DNA of 64,000 bases, from contig CAIRNR010000007.1 in assembly GCA_903879985.1 (NCBI GenBank), forward strand, positions 5,382 through 69,381, given 5' to 3'. Position 1 is the first letter of the stretch; each line of letters opens with the position of its first letter. The notes beneath the pieces were generated by a model that was given only the letters and a program-made list of their open reading frames with translations, had not been told where the DNA came from and made no database searches. Origin of the DNA: an uncultured candidate division WWE3 bacterium (GTDB lineage Bacteria; Patescibacteriota; WWE3; UBA101185; UBA10185). Shown here piece by piece: positions 59,120 through 64,000 of this stretch. The position numbers and the translations under genes were made by a program.

Positions 59120-60241
59120 CTATTTTCCGTAAACTTCGGCGTGGGTATGGTAATTATCCTTGATGACTGTTGCGTCTATGTTATCTTTTGTTACTCCAAT
59201 AGGATCAAGTAACAAAGAAGGCACGTCGCTTAAACCATTATTTATTTGGGCGTTCGTTGATACAGGTGTACCAGCTACCAATTTGATTGCCGAAGCCACA
59301 GCAGCATCAGCTAAATTATTAACCGACTTATATACAGTAGACGTTTGTGTCCCTTGAATTATTCTTTGGATAGCGGCCAATTCTGCATCTTGCCCGGAAA
59401 CAGGAACCACACCAGCTAAAGAATGTTCTTGCAATGCTTTAATCGATCCAAATGCAGTTGAATCGTTCGCGCAAATAACACCATCCACCGCGCCGTTTGT
59501 ACTATCCAAATATGTCTTTAAGTTTTGATAAGCGTTTTCCGGTTTCCAATCAGGCGTTGATTTATCAAACACCACCTCGATTTGGCCTTTATCTAAATAA
59601 GGATGCAGTACCTCGAAACTTCCCTTTTTGAGCAATACAGAATTGTTATCGGTATCAGCACCACCGATGTAAGCAATTTTTAATTTTTTTCCTTGATTTA
59701 GTTTTGGGCTCAACGCATCCATAACGGATTGGGCTTCCAACTTACCAACTTTCTCATTATCAAAGGAAACATAAAGGTCTATAGGTGAGTCCGTAATTAA
59801 GCGATCGTACGAGATAACTTTAATACCTGCTTTATGCGCCTCAGCAACTACAGCTGTTAGAGAAGCTGCATCGTATGGAGCAATAACCAAAACATCTACC
59901 TTTTGAATAATCAAGCTTTCTATTTGTGAGATTTGTTTAGCCGAATCGTTATTTGCTGACTCTACATCAACACTTACGCCTAGTTCTTTAGCTTTTGTCA
60001 AAAATTCAGCCTTATCTTTTTGCCAACGTTCTTCTTGAAGAGTTCCCATGGAAAAACCAATTAAAACCTTGCTATTTGTGGTAGTTCGAGGAATCTTTAC
60101 AGTATTTTTGAGTGAAGGAGTTACATATAATAGAACGCCTCCAACAACTAGTAAGCTGACTAGGACTCCTAACAGTATAAATACAAGGGAAAAACCTGAA
60201 TTATTCTTGACTGACATATAGTTTGGGGTAGTTTTGGGCAT
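59120..60241 (-). CDS. periplasmic sugar-binding protein (ABC-type, RbsB/XylF family)
   Basis: 'GTLQEERWQKDKAEF…VLVIAP…AGIKVISYDRLI' is Peripla_BP_1-like. The track ORF begins at a TTG. The ATG at 60241 is given as the start. Confidence 0.65.
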   Translation of the reverse strand: MPKTTPNYMSVKNNSGFSLVFILLGVLVSLLVVGGVLLYVTPSLKNTVKIPRTTTNSKVLIGFSMGTLQEERWQKDKAEFLTKAKELGVSVDVESANNDSAKQISQIESLIIQKVDVLVIAPYDAASLTAVVAEAHKAGIKVISYDRLITDSPIDLYVSFDNEKVGKLEAQSVMDALSPKLNQGKKLKIAYIGGADTDNNSVLLKKGSFEVLHPYLDKGQIEVVFDKSTPDWKPENAYQNLKTYLDSTNGAVDGVICANDSTAFGSIKALQEHSLAGVVPVSGQDAELAAIQRIIQGTQTSTVYKSVNNLADAAVASAIKLVAGTPVSTNAQINNGLSDVPSLLLDPIGVTKDNIDATVIKDNYHTHAEVYGK

Positions 60242-60374
60242 ATATAAATAGTAGCACAATTTATATTTTCAAGTCCCAAATCATGTGCCAACAACACGCT
60301 ATAAGTTGTATTGCACGTGGTCATGAGCTATAATCTCGAGATCTTACAATAACAATAAGGTAAAAGGAGCGAAA

Positions 60375-60908
60375 ATGTCAGACGACAGAATTTTGGTAAA
60401 ACCGTTATCCAGCTTTTTATTATGGTTGAATAAGCTATTAAAACCGCTAATGATCCTGGTTGGTGGAAATAGTAAGGAATCTCCACAAGAGACACATCCC
60501 TACAGTTCGATGCCCTGGTTACGTACTTCTGTTGCACGAAATCTTTGTGTCAAAAGTACATCGGCGGAGCTGCCTCCTGCTATGTTCAGCAACAAAAACC
60601 CATGTACTCACATGCCGATTTTGAACAAAATATTTAATGCTCAAGTTGCTTGGACCCATTATATGGTGCTAAGTGTCGAGGGACGCATGAGTACCGATGT
60701 ATGGTTTGTTGGTTGGCTATCGCCGGATAACTGCCAAGTTAGCCGCTTACCCTTGGCCGACAACGAAATGGTAAGAGTGCTCATGGCCAACCAAGGAAAA
60801 CCTGTGTATTTTTTTGGAGTTAACAGGTACGGCGATCAAATACCATTGTCATTGGTAGATACCGGTGAATTAGGCGACGGGAAATTCTCAACAATTCGAC
60901 TATTTTAG
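60375..60908 (+). CDS. hypothetical protein (177 aa)
   Basis: AAAGGAG RBS, and somewhat GC-rich. Confidence 0.45.
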   Translation: MSDDRILVKPLSSFLLWLNKLLKPLMILVGGNSKESPQETHPYSSMPWLRTSVARNLCVKSTSAELPPAMFSNKNPCTHMPILNKIFNAQVAWTHYMVLSVEGRMSTDVWFVGWLSPDNCQVSRLPLADNEMVRVLMANQGKPVYFFGVNRYGDQIPLSLVDTGELGDGKFSTIRLF

Positions 60909-60923
60909 GAGAGGAGGAAATAA

Positions 60924-61181
60924 ATGGATGCCGAATACGTGGTAAATAAACTAGGCAGTAACAAGGATATTGCCACAGGAAAGTTTCAATTCGAGAATGC
61001 CTCACAATTAAAGTCCAAAATTTTAGGGCTAAAAATACAAAAGGGCTACGCTGCCATGGTAACCGTGCCAGACGAAATTCCTCGGAAACTTATTCCAATT
61101 GTAAAAGAGCTTAAGCTCTTATTGGGAAGCCAATATAGCGTAGCGCAAAATGGTTACGTTATTGCCATTGAAAAACGTTAA
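60924..61181 (+). CDS. hypothetical protein (85 aa)
   Basis: GGAGAGGAGG RBS. Confidence 0.45.
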   Translation: MDAEYVVNKLGSNKDIATGKFQFENASQLKSKILGLKIQKGYAAMVTVPDEIPRKLIPIVKELKLLLGSQYSVAQNGYVIAIEKR

Positions 61182-61197
61182 AATTTTCTACAAAAAA

Positions 61198-61243
61198 AGC
61201 CTCGAATTTTTGCTCACGCGAATCCGAGGCTTCATTTTTTTCT
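61198..61243 (+). terminator. rho-independent terminator
   Basis: An AGCCTCG…CGAGGCT hairpin followed by TTCATTTTTTT. Confidence 0.6.
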
Positions 61244-61350
61244 ACACAGCAATCGCATAAAATTAATCAATTATTTATTTATAAGTAGCTAAATTAGTAC
61301 AAACTTTAATTGCTTCATTTAACCCGAATTACTCCTATGATTTAATGTAA

Positions 61351-64000
61351 ATGAAGTTTGCCCGATTCCTAAAAACGATATTATTTTCTGTTCTATTTGT
61401 AGTTGTATTTGTTGCACTGACTCCAAAAACTTTTGCTGATAATGTATGCTCTCCGAATTTTCTAGTATTTAAATGTCAAAAAACTGTAAGTAGCGATTGG
61501 GATTCTTGTTTAAATCAGTGTAGAGACACGTGTGGAGTAGGAAACGACGAATGCATAGCTGCCTGTCCTGCAACTTGTGCTTCGACCGGAATAGTTAATA
61601 GGGACAATGGAGATAAGGACGCAATTTGTAACACCGGATATGTACAACATCCGGATACATGTTATACAGCATGTAAAAATCTTGGCTATACCAGCGATTC
61701 TGAATGTAACAAATTATGTACAGATAATTTAAACGCGGATCAGTCAAACCAAAATGCATACCAACAAGAAGTTATAAATGATTATTTTGGATGCATCGCT
61801 AATCCAGACAGTACACCCCAAACATGTGCTGCAAACACTTCCCTAACGTGCGGTCCAAATGCTACATGTCTACAATCTTGTACAGACCAAGGCAACAACG
61901 CAAGAAGATGCTACGGAATGTGCACGGCAAATAATTTTGATACCTGCACGAGTGTATGTAATTTGTATCACGACGCAGATTTCACTAGTTGCGATGAAAT
62001 GTGTAATCCGTTTTTAAATTCTAAACCCGAAATTACATTAATGGAAAATAACAGACACATATATGTAGCCGATAATCCAATTATCAATATAACAGGAAAT
62101 ACTACAGACTTTGTGAATATACAAGATGTTCAGTGGAGAATGCAAATAGACGGCGCTGAGGAAAATGATAATTGGCAATCATGCACACCAGTAGACGGTA
62201 ACTTTGATTCAAGAGACGAAGATTTTAGCTGTAGCATTACTAACTTAGTCGACTGGAGTTTGCAAACTGTAGAAATAAGAGCAACCAACATTGCGGAGTT
62301 ATCAACAGCACCGGCAGATTACGGACTTGCAAGAATCCAAGCAACATTTTTAGGAAAACTACTTTCGTGGTGGAATTTTGATAATACTTGGGATATCGGT
62401 GACACAATCGGAAACTTCCCTACAGCAAACCCCACCGACCATTTAACTGCATCTGTTGGCGCGGACGGAATACCGGCGGATTATTTTGATGGAACAGTAA
62501 AATACAACGTCCCGGATCCTGATGGTTTAGCAACTTTTGACGGTGAAGATAAACAATTCACAATAAAAGTAAGGTTAAAACCAAGCAGCTCGGGTTTGGG
62601 CTCAGAACAATACGTTATCGCAAAAGGCGGTGAAGCACCAAACTTAGATCCTCCTGCATGGAGAATAGTTATTGATAGTAATATGCGAGCTTACGGTGAA
62701 GTTTTTTGGGGAACACATTTAGGAAATGACTATTCAGAACGTGTAGGGGGACAAGCCGAAACTACACTTACTCCAGATGAATGGAACGAAATAACTTTAG
62801 TATGGAATTGGACCTCAGAAGATATTGGAATAAAAGTTAACACCAATGGCACAGTTCATAAACACTATTGGACAGCAGACACCATTGCACCATCTACTCA
62901 ACCGATAACAATAGCTGGAAGACCAGACAACGATAATGAAATGTTTATTGGAAGCATTGATACCGTTCGCATATTTACCGAAGCGGAAATTGGAACAAAC
63001 GCACCAATAATTATTTTAAACGATGGCAGCCATACAACTCATAAAACTGTTTTTACAATTACCGGTTCAGCCGACGCATCACAAATTGATTGGGGTCCCG
63101 TCGTTAGTGGTGTTCAATATTCTATTAATGATGGCGCCAACTGGTCAAACTGCGACCCAACCGACGGCACATACGACTCCGCAATAGAAGGTTTCACTTG
63201 TAGAGTTTCCGGAATTACTGGAGGAAATGATTATCATATTAAATTTAGATCCATCGATACTTCTGATCCACAAAATATTACTAAACCAGCCGACTATAAA
63301 AACTACGACCTAACTTTATTGTCCGGGGATAACTCACCTATTATAACTTTAGATAGTGGCGAACATGTAACCACAAACAATTCTTTTATTATCAGCGGAT
63401 CAGCCGACGCATCACAGATTGAAGACGGACCGGTAGTTAGCGGCGTTCAATTTTCATTAAACGCCGGTGGAGATTGGACCAATTGCTCCGCAACTGACGG
63501 TACTTACAACACCGCGATTGAAGCATTTTCATGTAACTTAACTGGCTTAGCGTCTGGTACAACTTATCATGTAAAACTCAGATCAATAGACACTTCTGAT
63601 CCACAAAATATAACCGAAGCACAGTATTACCATAACTATGACCTAACAACAGTAACCGAGGGTATAAACCTAGAAAAAACTGCGGCAGTAGCAACAAGCG
63701 ATACAGTAACCATAAACGGTACAGCTGTAAATTCTAATAATATCGGTGATGTACAGTGGTACCAAAACGATCAAGATGGCTGGACAAGCTGTATGCCAGA
63801 TGAACAACAAGCCCCAAGTCAGTTAGTAAATTTTTCATGCGTAGTCACAGGTATAAATAGTTCAAGTTACTTTGTAGTTTACATAAGAGACATTGATGGT
63901 AACGGAAATCCAATTGCGGAATCAGACTACGGAAAAGTTCGAATTCAAGCAGATTTTTCAAATAAATTAGTAGCCTGGTGGAATTTAACTGGCGGCTCAA
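61351..64000 (+). CDS. large secreted Cys-rich surface protein with repeated Ig-like modules and LamG/ConA-like lectin domains (5' partial; runs off window)
   Basis: Signal peptide 'MKFARFLKTILFSVLFVVVFVALTPKTFA'. The frame is open to the window end. Four ~45-aa 'W…C…DG.YD…E.F.C' repeats and two '(S/A)WWNFDN/WWNLTG' LamG-like starts are visible. Confidence 0.65.
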   Translation, partial: MKFARFLKTILFSVLFVVVFVALTPKTFADNVCSPNFLVFKCQKTVSSDWDSCLNQCRDTCGVGNDECIAACPATCASTGIVNRDNGDKDAICNTGYVQHPDTCYTACKNLGYTSDSECNKLCTDNLNADQSNQNAYQQEVINDYFGCIANPDSTPQTCAANTSLTCGPNATCLQSCTDQGNNARRCYGMCTANNFDTCTSVCNLYHDADFTSCDEMCNPFLNSKPEITLMENNRHIYVADNPIINITGNTTDFVNIQDVQWRMQIDGAEENDNWQSCTPVDGNFDSRDEDFSCSITNLVDWSLQTVEIRATNIAELSTAPADYGLARIQATFLGKLLSWWNFDNTWDIGDTIGNFPTANPTDHLTASVGADGIPADYFDGTVKYNVPDPDGLATFDGEDKQFTIKVRLKPSSSGLGSEQYVIAKGGEAPNLDPPAWRIVIDSNMRAYGEVFWGTHLGNDYSERVGGQAETTLTPDEWNEITLVWNWTSEDIGIKVNTNGTVHKHYWTADTIAPSTQPITIAGRPDNDNEMFIGSIDTVRIFTEAEIGTNAPIIILNDGSHTTHKTVFTITGSADASQIDWGPVVSGVQYSINDGANWSNCDPTDGTYDSAIEGFTCRVSGITGGNDYHIKFRSIDTSDPQNITKPADYKNYDLTLLSGDNSPIITLDSGEHVTTNNSFIISGSADASQIEDGPVVSGVQFSLNAGGDWTNCSATDGTYNTAIEAFSCNLTGLASGTTYHVKLRSIDTSDPQNITEAQYYHNYDLTTVTEGINLEKTAAVATSDTVTINGTAVNSNNIGDVQWYQNDQDGWTSCMPDEQQAPSQLVNFSCVVTGINSSSYFVVYIRDIDGNGNPIAESDYGKVRIQADFSNKLVAWWNLTGGS

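Overview
The window is AT-rich bacterial chromosome, roughly one-third GC by eye. The gene content fits a small-genome, possibly Patescibacteria/CPR-like organism (my inference): gatCAB, rplS, tmk, htpX, lemA, PolX, a Klenow-like PolA, a ClpC/E-like ATPase, a type IV pilin, several very large multi-TM glycosyltransferase-like proteins, a LamG-repeat surface protein and five tRNAs. The main feature is a ~12.5 kb integrative defence island at the 3' end of tRNA-His (4891..17402). It carries a tyrosine integrase, a large serine recombinase, an HTH/zinc-ribbon protein, a BcgI-like type IIB restriction-modification pair, an Mrr-like HARE-HTH nuclease, a Cas4-like/DEDDy nuclease, two overlapping genes of unknown function and paralogous ~60-aa proteins. 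The integration crossover (TTTGGGGTGGC, antisense of the tRNA-His 3' end) lies in-frame inside the serine recombinase ORF. Integration has therefore split that gene: its last ~35 codons sit at the far end of the element, and they sit there twice (3034..3150 and 4888..5004). These two copies bracket a 1.85 kb mini-cassette holding a 46-aa poly-Asp/Glu protein and an M16 zinc peptidase. A second D/E-rich mini-protein lies downstream of tRNA-Lys. tRNA-Glu and tRNA-Gly each carry a duplicated 3' end after a ~120-145 bp insert. PolA is frameshifted in a homopolymer. Several GC-richer patches (1.8-2.8 kb, 31.5-34.9 kb and others) encode only unknown proteins and look horizontally acquired. No CRISPR array or rRNA was seen. 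All calls come from reading the sequence and from remembered family motifs; no database searches were possible.
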